Positions 27,978 to 45,674 of a DNA stretch of 64,000 nucleotides are shown here, piece by piece (the first letter of the stretch is position 1; each line of letters opens with the position of its first letter). A model generated the notes under the pieces. It saw only the letters and a list, made by a program, of their open reading frames with translations, searched no databases and was not told the DNA's origin. The translations under genes and the position numbers were made by a program. The DNA comes from the human T2T-CHM13v2.0 reference genome, Homo sapiens. Location: assembly GCF_009914755.1 (NCBI RefSeq), contig NC_060934.1; one strand, written 5' to 3'.

Positions 27978-29435
27978 GTAAGTGTTTTAGAAGGTTTCAA
28001 ATAGCCTATCATTTAATATATTAAAAATATTTTAAAGTCCTCAGGTTTTGCATTGCTCTTTCTGTGTAGAAATCAAGGATTTGGTATGCCAGACGTCATA
28101 ATTGTTTAGTCACATTAGCCATTCAAACTTTGGCAAATCTAATTTGTATTGGAGAAATTTTAGCACCAACTTAGTGATCATGTGGAGGATCTGCTTTGCT
28201 TTTATAGAAATGTCATTGTTTCTGTGGAACAACCAAGTTTTGCTTACCTCTCTGCATTTCAGAGCCAGGGTCCAGTTGTTTTGTCACTGCTCCTTGGCGT
28301 AACCTCAGCACACTCGTGTTTTACTGGGTGCAGCCTTGGTGACTGCTGCGGGTGCTGCCCCAACGCCAGAGCACTGAGTGACAAGTGGTGAGTGTGAAAA
28401 ACTCATCACCTCGCAACAAGCTTTGAGCACTTCTCATGGCCTTTCTAGACCACGAGAACTTACATGAACAGATTTTGGAGGTGTGAAACATGTATTTGTT
28501 TTATCAAGGATCTCACTTGGCTTTTAGAGACGTTCTCTTACAGAAATGTTGGACTTTGGTGTGTAAGGCAACTTAATGGGATTTTTATTGCAGTAAAATT
28601 AATATAGAACTTTAAAAAGGAATTTATTATATCAGCAATCAGCCATTCATAGTTGGGGCTGGAGATTGTAAGATAAACCTTCCTTTGGTAATTTTTTTTT
28701 GCCATGTAACATCTTGAGAATTTCTAAAAGTGTTTAATAATAATAAATACCTCATTTGTCTGTCGTTAATTAATAATTTCTATAAACAGCGTCCAATCCA
28801 CGTATGTCAGGCTGATCTTTGAGTGCCGCATTCTGTCCTGTGGTTGGTACCATTTCCTGTGTTCTTCATGAGAAAATGATACTCCTCATCCCTTTTTTGA
28901 CTCTGGGCGTCTTCATGTGTGGTTCTTGCCTGTAGCCTGGTGATGCCCTTGGCCCATGGAGGCTGTGTGGTCTCCAAAGACAGCTGTGTTTTTTATATGC
29001 TTGTATTTGCTCTTCAGTTGATTTTCCTTCTCTGCTGAGTGCACTTGCCGCTGTTAATGGCCTTGTCTCCATCAGACCTCCGTTTCCTAATGTGCTGCTT
29101 CTAAATCTGTGCTTGCAGACACCAAAGGGTAACGGGCTAGAATTATGTCGGAAGGAAAATTCAGCATATTTGGAGTAATAATTTAAAGGGCTCCGAGTGA
29201 GCAGAGTGTAGGAAGTGGAGTTCATGGACTTGTGACATGTATTTTGGCAGTACTTTGTGAGCTGTGGTTCCCTGTATCCAGGTGACTGGGTTAGTTAGTT
29301 GGGTTGTCAGGGTCAGCATTGTATTCCTATATCTGTTCATATTTTTCTGAACTTGAGCTAATCCCACTCGGTTGGCAATGTAAGTGATACAGCTTTGTGC
29401 GTGATTGATGCATTTCATTTGGGATGAGTTTATAA

Positions 29436-29740
<305 letters not shown>

Positions 29741-30429
29741 ACCTCTAAGGAGATTTTTGAGCTGTGAATTGGGAGAACATGGTGGCGTGACCCCATGGGG
29801 CTTAGGTTCTTTAGTGACCCGTTGTCCCAGCACTGACTTTTCTTGAGATTTGTGACTAAACTTGTGGCTGTATACAGATAATTAAAATTCCTGACAGCAT
29901 GTTAGATTATGATGTTTGAAAGACTATATAAAATATAAAACATGTTAAGATGAGAGAATTTGATTTTAGTATCTGGCATTAGTTGATGTTCTGAGGTTTA
30001 ACGCTGTCACCCTGCAGTCCGACCTTGTGAGCTTTACACGTGTACAGTGGTATGCAGCATCATGATGGAAGATGGTGCACACAAGATCTAGTTCTGGAAG
30101 TTTTGGATGGGCTTAATATATAGGCCCCTTATTGAACAATTCCTTACTGAATTGGTTATTATTATTATTTTTTTATTACTGTGAGTTGATGGGCTTAAAT
30201 TGCAACTTGAAGGAACATTCGTTGCCTTAAAAGCCATATTGTGTTTTACAGTGGCTTAGGGAGAGAATGAAATCAAGGAAAATGTCAACGCATTTGCTTG
30301 TTTAATACCACTCAAAGCTGTGAACTGTCATCCTGCCATCCCTCAAATATGCATGTTACTCACGAAGCGGAGGAAAAGTGGTGTTGCATAATTGAGCTGA
30401 GCCGTTTTATATCAATTTTCTCTCTTTAG

Positions 30430-30487
30430 GCTCAAAGTGCTGACAAATAAAGCTTCTGTGATGCTCTTTATGAAAGGAAACAAACAG
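30430..30487 (+). CDS. GLRX3: GLRX3 exon 7 (LKVLTNKASVMLFMKGNKQ)
   Basis: ctctttag|G...CAG|gtaaag; 58 nt, phase 2/0. Confidence 0.96.
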
Positions 30488-31848
30488 GTAAAGAACTCAA
30501 AAATGGTTTTATTTGTAATTTCTTTTGATGTTAACATCTGCAACAAGGGGACAGTTAAATCTTTTTCCTAGCTTTAGCTAATGAAGCTGTAGCGATATCA
30601 GGAAGTTATCCACGCCTTAATTGGTGCTTACGGAGATCAAACAAAGTAATCTACATTTTGCTTGACTTTATCATCAACATCTCAGTGGGGTGCATTTCTT
30701 TCTGCTGCCAAACTTTGTCAGCTAATGTGGTCAACACTGTTAACACTTTACTGGTTGTATGAGTTGTTATGTCATTATCCTTTGTTTGAGTTTGTGGACT
30801 GCTGAAGTGTGCAGCTGAGTCAGTGGACTTCCTGAATGCAGGGAACCTGGTCGTGCTTGGGTTTGCACCCCTAGATCGTCCTTTTGTGACAGTGGAGGAG
30901 CAAACCCTGGCTGTAGCAGGTGTGCTCTGTGTGTTTGATGAATGAGTGAAATGGTCAGCAATTCTCATTTTTAATGGGATGGTTCTTACAGCTTTTTGAT
31001 GTAAGTACATATTGATTATGCGTCATTTTGAATATCAAGTTTGATAGATTACTTCCACCGATAGTTTGAGCAGAACTAATTTTCTTTCAGATTGAGATCA
31101 GAGTGGTAATTTCCAGAAACCAGCCATACACATTTATATCATATTTTGTAATTTTCATAGCAATTGAACCTCTACTTAATTCTCAATCAGTTGTTGAAGT
31201 AGGCAGGGTTGGACAGACTTTGGCCTGTTTTAGAGATAAAGAAACCAAAGTTTTGAAAGGTGAGGCTGTTGGAATAAAGAAACTGCCTCACTTGTTAGCA
31301 AGATGCACCGGGCAAGTGACATGGAGAACCACTTTGCTCATTGGGAAAGGGACACAATACTTCACAGGGCAGACTCTGGTTGCCATAACTAGTGTATAAG
31401 TTAACATAACTAGTATAATGAAGCTAATTAGTTAACATAACTGGTTAATATAATTAGGTAATAATGAAAGTAACAGTAACAAAGAAAATGTTAATATAAA
31501 TTTCAGCATGTTGGAAACATTAGGTTAGGGCCTAAATTCTTTGATTTTGGTTCAGTGTATTGAAACAATAGAGGAAGTTAATAATTCCTAGTAATGATAA
31601 AGTGACATTTTTTCTTATTCTCGGTAATGGTTTAAGTGGATATTTATTCTCAAAACTATTTTTTTCTGGAAACCTAGAAAGTATTAATACATTTTGGAAA
31701 CAATGTTATTGGGGCTATTAAAATGTTGACATGGTACCATATCTTTTCCACAAGATTGCTGGAATTTGGAGTCCTGTGGCATGAAAAAAGCTTAAGATTT
31801 TCATAAACTCAAAAAAGTGTTAGTATTCTGTAATGTAAAAATAAATGA

Positions 31849-33945
<2,097 letters not shown>

Positions 33946-35417
33946 GATGTGGTTGTCGTCTTTAGATTACTATGACATTTTATAGAAGCAAGTATAGTCA
34001 GTTTATTGTAATTGTAACTTCAAGCCTGTTCCTTTCTTCACCCCTGCCCTGGGCCATACAGTGGGGGCTGGCTTGTTTTTGGTCATTTTTGATTTTCCCC
34101 TTTCTTTGTCGACCCTCTGCTGCGGGTCCACAGTGAGACACACACAGTCCATCCCTCTCTAGCAGTACCAGGTTCCTCAGGTGTCTTCTGAGCCGACACA
34201 CTGGGCCTGACTCAGCTCGTGTCTTTGGTGGAACATCTTGGTAACTTGGCTTTCTGTCCCATATCTGTCTAATCTCCATTGTATTGAAAGCACCCTGTTG
34301 TCGCAGAGAGCAGGAGGATGCTTTGGGAGAGCATGACCTCCCAGCTCTGGACTTGCTAAGCGTGATTGGCCCTAGGATGAGTGAGGCCATCCAGGACCTC
34401 AGCTTCGCTTAACACGAGCAGACCATGCTCTTGCTGGGCGCCAAATGTATGTGGAGAAAACTCCTTTTTACTTTTTCTCATTTCTTATCTTTTCCTTTAG
34501 TAGCCAAAATACACATGCATGAGTGGTTGAGAACCAAGTGTATATTGAGGTTTGAAAGGTACCCTTTATGAATAACTTTTAGGAAGTATACTGGCTGTTA
34601 GGACTCCACATACATACACTTGGGCCCAGTGCTTCCTGGATCCTTTATGAATAGTTGTATAACTCATTGTTTTTATCACAGTATTAAGAGATCTGCCACC
34701 TTTAGTTCAACTTGAACAAAGACTTACATTGGGGTTTTTAAAAAGCATTAGGTTTACATTGGGGTCTTTTTTTGTTCTTCTTTCAAACATTCCTTTTTTG
34801 GTAATTGCTTCTGATTTATCCCGTCATTTAGTTTTTTTGACTGTTCCCTGTACCATAGACAGTTTCCTTGGGAACTTGTTTACTAAATAAACAAGATTTC
34901 CCTATGATGGTTTCAGTTTTATGGAAAGTCCAGTTTTTTTTACATGTAGCATTTTCTTTGGCCACCTTTGGGAATTGCACCTGTACCCTCAGGCACCCTG
35001 CAAGGATTTAGGCATACATGCTTGCTAATACCTGACCACCTAACGGTGAAATCGCTCTGAGTGGATACAGTTGGATATTCATGCAGTGATTTTTCATTTT
35101 TTGTACAAGTAATGTTCATTGTATGGTATAAAGCCACAAAGCTTTCATTGGCCTTTTGTACATTAAAAACAGCACCCTCTCTGAAATAAGTTTAAGTGTG
35201 GAAAGCATGTCTCTTGCTAAGGTGGAGGGAGCTGGCAGCGTGGTTGTTATCCGGCTGCTGAGCCCTCCAGCCTCCGTCCACGAGCACTACTACATCCTGC
35301 TGCACGGGCAGCTTCCAGGAGGTTAAGAAGCAGCAGCCTGGGGTGGGTTAGACATTAGAAGTGGGTAAGAGTGTTCAGTTAATGAAGGCTCGTGCAGATG
35401 GGGGTGTGGGTCTGATC

Positions 35418-35633
35418 CAGGGGTTGGCAAGTTGCAGCTGGCTGCCCATTTTTGTAAATAAAGTTATATTGGCACATAGCCACATCCCTTCATTTATACA
35501 TTGTCTGTGGCTGCTTTTATGCTGACAGTTGCAGCAGAGAGCAGAACTGAGCAGTTGCAGCAGAGACTGTCTGGCCTGTAAAGCCTGAAGTGTTTAGTGT
35601 CTGACTCTTTAAGAAGAAGTTTGCCCACCCCTG
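35418..35633. mobile_element. MER58A-like hAT-Charlie MITE
   Basis: TIRs caggggttggcaa / ttgcccacccctg; 8-bp TSD gtctgatc/gtctaacc. Confidence 0.85.
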
Positions 35634-35863
35634 GTCTAACCCAATATTGTCCGGAGAAAAATCCAGATAAAGTCATATGTTGGAATGACTAATTCTGTGT
35701 AGTACCAGACAGATTAAGAAGTAAAATCATTTCCATTGGTCTGTAGTACATTTTGTTAGCAGTGAAACGGTTTTCTTGATTATTTTAAAAACATCAAATG
35801 CATAGAGGTTTTACACTTTGATTTAACTGTATTTCCAGTTAAAATGTCTTCTCTTTTTTGCAG

Positions 35864-35903
35864 TGTTGAATATGAAACATTCGATATATTGGAGGATGAA
35901 GAA
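35864..35903 (+). CDS. GLRX3: GLRX3 exon 9 (VEYETFDILEDEE)
   Basis: tttgcag|T...GAA|gtaagt; 40 nt, phase 2/0. Confidence 0.96.
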
Positions 35904-35993
35904 GTAAGTTCTGTGTTTGATGTTTCACCCTTGTCTTAGCTTTAATCTTAAGGGCCTGATAGGATGGTTTCAGGATTCCTGTTGTTTCTTTAG

Positions 35994-36086
35994 GTTCGGC
36001 AAGGATTAAAAGCTTACTCAAATTGGCCAACATACCCTCAGCTGTATGTGAAAGGGGAGCTGGTGGGAGGATTGGATATTGTGAAG
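35994..36086 (+). CDS. GLRX3: GLRX3 exon 10 ([31 protein letters not shown])
   Basis: ctttag|GTT...AAG|gtaagg; 93 nt, phase 0/0. Confidence 0.97.
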
Positions 36087-37090
36087 GTAAGGCCAGTTCT
36101 TCTGCTGTTCTAAAGAACGGAAAAGATTTTGGTATGTTTAAAAATGATTTCATATTGAATGGAAACTTGAGAGTTGTTTTTGACTCCTGTTTCCAGCCTG
36201 ACTCTCAGACATTTCTAGACCAGTATCACCGTTTCTGTGTGCATGACTACCCTGCCATTCTCACTGTCCCCACGTGGCAGCCTGTTCTTACTTTCACACC
36301 TGAGCTAACCATTGCATCTCCTTTCTGTGGGGTGATCTTCCCTGTCACTCAGGGTCCTTGTTAGATCCTGCTTCAGCTCCCAGACAACAAATTGTTTTTT
36401 CTTGCCTTACTCATCTGCCCTTGGGTGCATGGAGTGACAGCAGTGTGAGGCCTGTGGCCCGGTGCTGCCCATCCTTGCCACAGAGGCTGAGGATCACTGC
36501 CCCTGGTCCCCCGAAAGAAAAAATGTAGGTCCTTTTTGGTTTTGAGATGCTTGGAAATCTGTTATCTGTTAGATTGTGTTTTAGATAAGACACCATTTCT
36601 TATGTATCTTGAGTCCTTCCTGATGCTTTGTGTATTTTAGGAGTTCAGTAAATGGTTGTTGGATGGATAAGTGACTTTACTTCTTGATTGAGTTTTAAAT
36701 GGACGTTACTTTGCATGTATTTAATGTCTAGAATTCAGGGCAGGCCCACCAACTAACACCTGTGTGCTCTGTAGCTCTTTGATTAGCCCAAAACAATAAA
36801 CAGAAGCTGTAGCTTTAATATCTACACACAGACCCCACTGCACCCCAGGCCCACTGTGGGCATGGTGGCATCGAGGAGGGTGGTAGCTGGTTGGGTATAG
36901 AGAGGAGCTAGACAGGAATGCTGGGCAGGAATGCCAGGGTCTGCTCAGGGGCATGAACAAAACTGCCCCGAAAAGTGGGTTGCTGACTGCCCTCAGGCCT
37001 TCCTCTTGCCTCAATCCATGAGAGAATTTTCTGAGGTCAGATCTTCGACTTTTTATGTGGAAAACAAATAGCAAGTAGTACTACTTCTAG

Positions 37091-37429
<339 letters not shown>

Positions 37430-37728
37430 TTAACACGTGCTTTTGTAAAGTGAAGCACTAGCCTACCACTGAAATGACATCAGCACTTTGGACCAATATG
37501 TTTTATAAAAACAAAGCTTGAGTTCCATTGATGCAGAGGCTCTTTTTGTCCTTTGGTGGCCTCTGTGTAGGTTTTGTTTCCTGTGGAGTTCCAGGTTTGA
37601 TATCATACTTCTTAAACAAGCCAGTGAGACATTTTTCCTGGGGAATGGTCTCACTCCTGGAGGAAAAAATTTTTAAGACTATTGCTCTTGAATAGCCCTG
37701 AAGCAGCAGAAACAGATCTGCATTTGTT

Positions 37729-37766
37729 TCTTCCCTCCCTCCCTCCTTCCCTCCCTCCCTCCCTCC

Positions 37767-37805
<39 letters not shown>
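37729..37805. repeat. compound microsatellite (CCCT)n(CT)n(TA)n
   Basis: seen directly. Confidence 0.9.
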
Positions 37806-39239
37806 GTCTTATTTTTGTAAGACACAAAGAATACTCAAACCCCAAATACTCTTGAGCCTGTTCTTGTCTGAATGTTTTATAGCCTGTACCTTAGCCATTG
37901 GTAACTCTTGGGAAGATACAATCAATAAATCTCATTTAATTCTAAAGCTAAGCTGCGTGGGTAACTTCTTTTTAGTTATATAACAGAGTGTTATATGATT
38001 TTTTATGTTCACCTGCTAAGAACATATACGTTTGAAATGTGTGATATTGTTAACGTTTTTCCTTGAGAAGATATATGGAATAGATCTTACGATCCCATTT
38101 TGATCTGTTTCTTGCAGAATGCAGTTCTTCATGTTCAGTTCAATTAAAAGATGTTTGAAATGGTCTAATCTGGCTGGCCTCTTTGGAGCAATGAGCGTTT
38201 GTTTTGTTGAATGAGGGACTGAATGATGATTTAGTTACTCAGCTAATCTAGTGTCCTGAGAAAATTGTGAGTTGTTATTGCCTCTGAAGAGTAAACGGTT
38301 CACTACTGCTGTTCCAGAATGTTTGGACTTAAGACAGTTTGTTGAGAGAGATAGAAGATTTGGTTAGGTTTAGACTTTCCACCTGCCGGCTCGCATTAAC
38401 AGCAGTGAGGGTGGCGAGGACTGCCTTATTTGGCGCGCTCCCAATGTTCCAGGCACACTGCTTTGGTGCTTTAAGAGGCTGCTTCACGTAATCTCCCAAG
38501 CAGCCTCAGAGAGCAGAATTCTTCTTAGTCAGTAGATGAGGAAACAGAGACATAGAGAGGTCAGGTGAATTGTCCACCATCCCATAACTAGTAAGCCATT
38601 GAGTCCAGATTCCACCTGAGGGCCACCTGCCCTTGCCCACTCAGCTGCGTGGTCCTCTCCGTGCCTTCTTGAGTGTGTGCTCAGAAAAGTCCTGCTGGGT
38701 CCCTTGGAGGGGCAGGGTGTCTGCTTGTTGAGTAGGTAGAAGAAGATCCCTAGACATGACTGAAAGCCGTCTGGGTTTTGTGTGACAGCATCATTCCTAT
38801 TTGAATTTCATCCAGAGGAGGTCATACGGATTTTAATGGTTTTATTGATTGATGTTTATGCTGTTCAGTGATAACCTGAAATGTTATATCATACTAAATG
38901 TTTCTTTAAACCAGAAAATCTTATTTATCATGTCTGTCCTTTCAAGCTTGGTGTCTATAATCCAGATTTTAAATCTGAAAAACAGGCACAAGGAGCATGG
39001 CGCCTGTACTGCAGTTCCAGTCAACCTGGTGGTAGCTCTTTTGATGCCATGTCTGTTTCTGAATTGTTAGGTCTTTTTAATGGTTTCTGCCTTTCCCTCT
39101 TACTGGTACTCTAGCTTTTCCTGAGGCAGAGATGTGTTGCCAGGTTGGGTTTCAATAGCAAAGCCTGATTCCTCTCTGTGAGTGGAAGAACGGGAGGGGA
39201 ACAAGCATCATATTTGAGTAGACTTTTAACGTCACACTG

Positions 39240-40147
<908 letters not shown>

Positions 40148-40338
40148 TAAATTTTTTAACCTGATAGTGTATTCAGGGTTTATGGCTCATTTAGTTTGAG
40201 AGTGTTAAGAGACTGGAGTTTTAATCCAATAGGTGTTTCTTTTGGTTCTCAGATATACATACAAGCTGTGATTGTTTAGATGTTTCCATCTTTTTATATA
40301 TGCATATACATATTATTATTGTTGTTTTTTATTTTTAG

Positions 40339-40389
40339 GAACTGAAAGAAAATGGTGAATTGCTGCCTATACTGAGAGGAGAAAATTAA
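40339..40389 (+). CDS. GLRX3: GLRX3 exon 11 coding part (ELKENGELLPILRGEN*)
   Basis: tttttag|GAA...AAT TAA; stop at 40387-40389. Confidence 0.96.
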   Translation, partial: ELKENGELLPILRGEN

Positions 40390-40670
40390 TAAATCTTAAA
40401 CTTGGTGCCCAACTATTGTAAGAAATATTTAATTACATTGGGAGCAGTTCATGATTTAGTCCTCAGAAATGGACTAGGAATAGAAAATTCCTGCTTTCTC
40501 AGTTACATGTTTTGTGTATTTCACAATGTCGTGCTAAATAAATGTATGTTACATTTTTTTCCCACCAAAAATAGAATGCAATAAACATCTTCAAATTATT
40601 AACAATAATTGTATGAAAAAAGTGTATCTTTACAGCAGTATTAAACATACAGCTACTATAATTAACCCAC
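40390..40670 (+). terminator. GLRX3: GLRX3 proximal 3' UTR with tandem poly(A) signals
   Basis: AATAAA at 40388-40393, 40537-40542 and 40580-40585; ATTAAA at 40640-40645; cleavage site not determinable. Confidence 0.75.
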
Positions 40671-41082
40671 CTTAAATCTCTTTTTCTTAGTACATGAGTA
40701 TCTTCTAGCAGTTAAGAAAGGCAGTCTTCAGAAAATGGAGAACTGTGGCGGAATGCAGTACACAACAGTATTTAGGACAACTCCTTTGCCAACACAATGG
40801 CTCCCCTCGCTGGTGAAAGATCTCTTTACAGCTTAGGAAAAACAACGGAAATTAGTTTCTGATGTCATTGCTGAGCTCGGCACTGGTTACATTGCAGAGG
40901 CAGTGTAGGATGTCTGCAGGTTTAGAGACTCATTTCACAAGGCACCAGTAGTGAATTATCAAGAAACATTTAAGAGGAAAATGATTTCTCATTGAATATG
41001 GTACAACAAGCACTTTTTTCATAAGGTCTAGAAGAATGGGTAGTCATGACAAAGAATGGAAAAGTATTGTCATTTGTTGTAA

Positions 41083-41340
<258 letters not shown>

Positions 41341-41350
41341 ACTTACTTAT

Positions 41351-41356
41351 AATAAA
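41351..41356 (+). terminator. distal AATAAA poly(A) signal
   Basis: AATAAA followed by GT/T-rich sequence (gatttggtcgttcaggttcctttgg). Confidence 0.6.
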
Positions 41357-44261
41357 CATTGATTTGGTCGTTCAGGTTCCTTTGGTCCTCCTATTGAGAA
41401 CAGTTTGAAGTCCATGAAAATTTTAACAATATTTTTGATCCTGAATCTAACATATTTGAAAAATAGTTGCTCCACTAGGCTTCCACAGTGCAGGCTTCAA
41501 ATGGGATGGCTAAATTCACCTCATGGTTCTTAGTTTTTTTTGTACTTGTGGCACATTCTCTTCATATATTACCCCACCCTGTTTGTTTGGGCAGTTAAGA
41601 TGCTGGTACTGTCTGGTGGCGATAAGGAAAGGGAAACAGAAGTCAGTAATTCAGACAAGAATAAACAGGATGAAATGCATCTATTCCTAGGTAAGATTAG
41701 CCCACCACCTCCACACTGCTGCTGTCTCTTCAGCTCAGGCTGTTTTTCTCTGTTTTGATTGTGTAAAGAGTAGAGTGCTGATTTGTGTGTTACAGAGGGT
41801 GGTCTGTACAAGTCATAAAGCTCGACATGGCCTTGCTTCCTGCTAGGTGTTAGGACACCCATGATGGTGGAGTCTCTTGGCATTCTGTGTAATTAGATAA
41901 GGCTGTTTATAGCATTGGTCCATGAGAACTTCCTTGTTTCTATTTAAAATGAAAATCATTGTATAAGTAAAACTTCTTAAATGTAGATAGAAATAGAATT
42001 TTTACTGAAATTTTATGAAGCCATTGGCCGCAGGGATGTGTGTCATGGAGGAGGGCTCCATACTTTTTTGGTATACTTATCTCAAACTTAATTCATTTGC
42101 ATACTGCTTTTTCTCTAAGTGCCAACTGTCCTAGTATATTTTCTAAGTCAACTTTTACTTTCACTTTATCCTAAGCAAGAATATCTTTGGCATCACAGAC
42201 TCAGTAAGCCTGTTTTTTTCTAATGCACATACAAATAAATAAAATGCACAACTTTTAACATAAATGGCTGCCTCCAATTTGGGAAATACTGTTCTGGCCA
42301 GAGGCCGTTGCTCTGATAATGTCATGTGGTTAGTGCATTTTAGGAAGACCTCCTTTCCCTTTGGTTGACTCCTGCAGGACATAAGATATCAGTGACGTTA
42401 TCCTTTGTTGAGCCATCCTGGTTTGAGTCAGGATGAGTGTTGAGAGTTTTTGGGGAGTTGCCCCTGTGTCCTATATTATTTTATCCTCTTAAAGTCTGAT
42501 GGTCTTTGGCTCCACTGACTCCAGGTAAGTTGGGGTGACAGTGCAGCATATTTCTATTTTCTAGTTGTTTCTGGCCAGACATGGGGAAGGTCAAGACATC
42601 TTGTTCATGCAAACGGATTGATGGCCATTCCTAATCTGATTTTATTAGTGTATTTTAGGAAGTAAAGTAAGATTCTTGAGCCCAGCTGAACTTCCCCTAT
42701 TGAATTTTCTAACAAAAAGAGAGTTTGCGTATGGGTTTATAATTGAGCCTGCTCTTGTAGAAATGTTTTATCAGAATTGAAATCCTCTCTGATCCCCAAA
42801 TTCTAGAGACAAAGTTGTTTTCTGAATTTGAGAAATCTGTTCAGTTCACAAGGAAAGGTGACAATGTGTCATTTGGATGTTGTCCCACACGTGAGGCCTC
42901 GTTGGGTGCTTGTGGTGGGAGGGACCCTCCAGGCAGGCTTTGTATGGAGGGTTTTCATGTCTGGACACATTTCTGTTCCGAGAAGCACTGCTGCGTTTTT
43001 GGGAGCGTGGACCCTGGCCAGAGCCTGTGGCCAGCTCTGCCTGCCCTCCCTTTCTTGGCCTGCTCTTTTGAGTATGTAGTGGGGCTTTGTGTGGCATCCT
43101 GCCAGGTTAAAGCTGCATGGTGCTTAGGATAGAGCTGGTGCTGTGGGGAGGCTCTTGATGATGGGGGCTGCCATCTATTTGCCTGTTAACTCTTAGAAAC
43201 CAAACCTCAAATGTCAGAATTTCCTTTCTAGAAGAGGCTGGTTGAATAGGAACCAGAAAGGCCCTCATACAGGCAGGGCTGTTCACTCCTCTTGACTTGC
43301 GTGTTTGTGCCTTCCTTGTAGGAAGGCTTCTTAGGGAATTGTTATCTGTTTAGGGGAAATAAGCCTGCAGGAATGAACTTTTTTTTAAAATAAAAACTCT
43401 TGATCAAAAATGGAAAGAAAAAAACCAGTGAAACAGGCTAGGTAGTTTGTGGAATTCTCCTTTGCAGGTGAGGGGAGAAAGCAGCTATCTCAAGGGCACA
43501 GCTACAGATTGGGAGCTGGGGCTTCCATCCAGGGTCTGGGACACCCAAACCTTAGGCTTGCCCCTCCCGGGAGGCCTCCCCCTCAGAGCTATGTGGGATG
43601 CAGTTGCCTTTTTACCTGTGATGAGAAACTGGTGAATTGCCAGGATTCTGGCTCTGGCTTCAGTCTGCCCCTTTCCGGGGATTAGAGGGCATTAACCCTA
43701 CTTCCTACAGCCAAGCAGCTCTTCCTCATGACTCTACTTTCTAACTCCGGGGGTTGACTGATTGATTTGAAGACCGCCTTGTTGATGAATGTGTTGAAAC
43801 TTGCTATCATAATGTAAATGCTCCTTAATAAAATAACAGGACCTGGTGGGTTCAGTTGCCTTGCCCACGTGTGACTTACATGTTTTTGCCTTTTTTTGTT
43901 GAACACTGAGCCTTGCAGAACCATCAGGAAGTCCACCTTGGTCCCACTGGATTGATCATTAAGAAGGAAGGAAAAAAGTTATTTGCCATTTCCGTTCTTT
44001 ACAAAAATGTCTTAAGTCTGCTGAGGAGTAGACTAAAAAATAGCATGTTTTTATAATTAGAAAGCCTCATTTTAATAACTTAAAAATGTTTAATCTCTGA
44101 AACAACTGTAATACATTTTAAGCGCTTGGTAATCATTATCTGCCTTATTGGAAAGAATTATACAAATAAGACCTATCTTGACAGTCAAAAGTTACAAGCT
44201 TAAGATTGCAATATGAAACATGATTTCTGGTTTAGTTTTTAAAGTAAAATCAGCTTTCTTT

Positions 44262-44558
<297 letters not shown>

Positions 44559-44670
44559 TAAGATCAGTTTTCTTAAATTTGACAGTTGCTACTTTTCAAA
44601 ATTCAAACCTTTCTAAATAAAAGTAAGTTGATTATTTGCAGATGAATTCTTGTTTTATACACATTTCAGA

Positions 44671-44915
44671 TGTTGAGTTTGAGGACCTAGACCCTTCCCT
44701 TTTTGTCTAGTCACATTTCCTCACGGCCGTCCACTGATCGTTGAATCAGCGTAAATATGGACAGTTTCTCTTGAGTCTTTGGGTCTTCATTTCTGAAGGC
44801 TCCTGTGTCACGTAAGACTTAAATAAATCTTACGCTTTTCTCTTGTTAATCTCTTTTGTTATAGGAGTGTCGGCTGTGCCCCTTGTGATGGGTGAGGAAA
44901 GGTATCCACCTTTCT
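44671..44915 (+). mobile_element. partial ERV1-type LTR (MER31-like)
   Basis: ctgaaggctcctgtgtcacgtaag...aataaa...ttttctcttgttaatct; homologous to 46152-46372 inverted. Confidence 0.7.
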
Positions 44916-45375
44916 GAATCAGACACAAGCTGCAGTAGCTTCCTGATGCCTCATTCACCAGGATGGGTAACTTTAAAGACAAGTTTTATAACTGGCATCC
45001 CATCTGGTTTCAGAGTCTTGGGGGCTTTTTTCATACAGCTTTGTCTGATATTTAGAGACATTCAGATTCAGAAGCCATGAGTTCAGTTAGCTCATGGGCC
45101 GGGCACGTGCACTGACTCACTGGCTGCAGCAGAACACGTTGAGGGAGTCTTGGTGCACTTAGGTCACTGTAAGGTTCTAGGGCTGGGAGCTGGGATTTGA
45201 ACCAGGATCTGTCAGCGCAGCCCCAGTGCTGTGCTTGAAGCCTCGTGCCACACTGGCTTTGAGGTAGCACGCTGCAAGTTAGTGAGTGGAGTTGCCCAAG
45301 TCTGGGGCTTCTGAAATGACCTGGTATTTTTATGTTCCTGTTAGAAATGGTGTGGCTTTCACAAATTAAGTGCCA

Positions 45376-45674
45376 GGCTGGGCACAATGGCTCGTGCTTG
45401 TAATCCCAGCACTTTGGGAGGCGGAGGCAGGCGGGTTGCTTGAGCTCCGGAGCTTGAGACCAGCCTGAGCAACATGGCGAAACCTCATATCTACAAAAAA
45501 TAAAAAATTAACTGGTCATGGTGGTGTGCACCTGTAGTCCCAGCTACTTGGGGAGCTGAGATGGGAGGATTGCTTGAGCCCAGGAGGTCAAGGCTGCAGT
45601 GATCGTGCCATTGCACCCCAGCTTGGGTGACAAAATAAGAGCCTGTCTCAGAAAAAAAAAAAAAAACAAAAAAA
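45376..45674 (+). mobile_element. old Alu
   Basis: Alu consensus. Confidence 0.88.
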
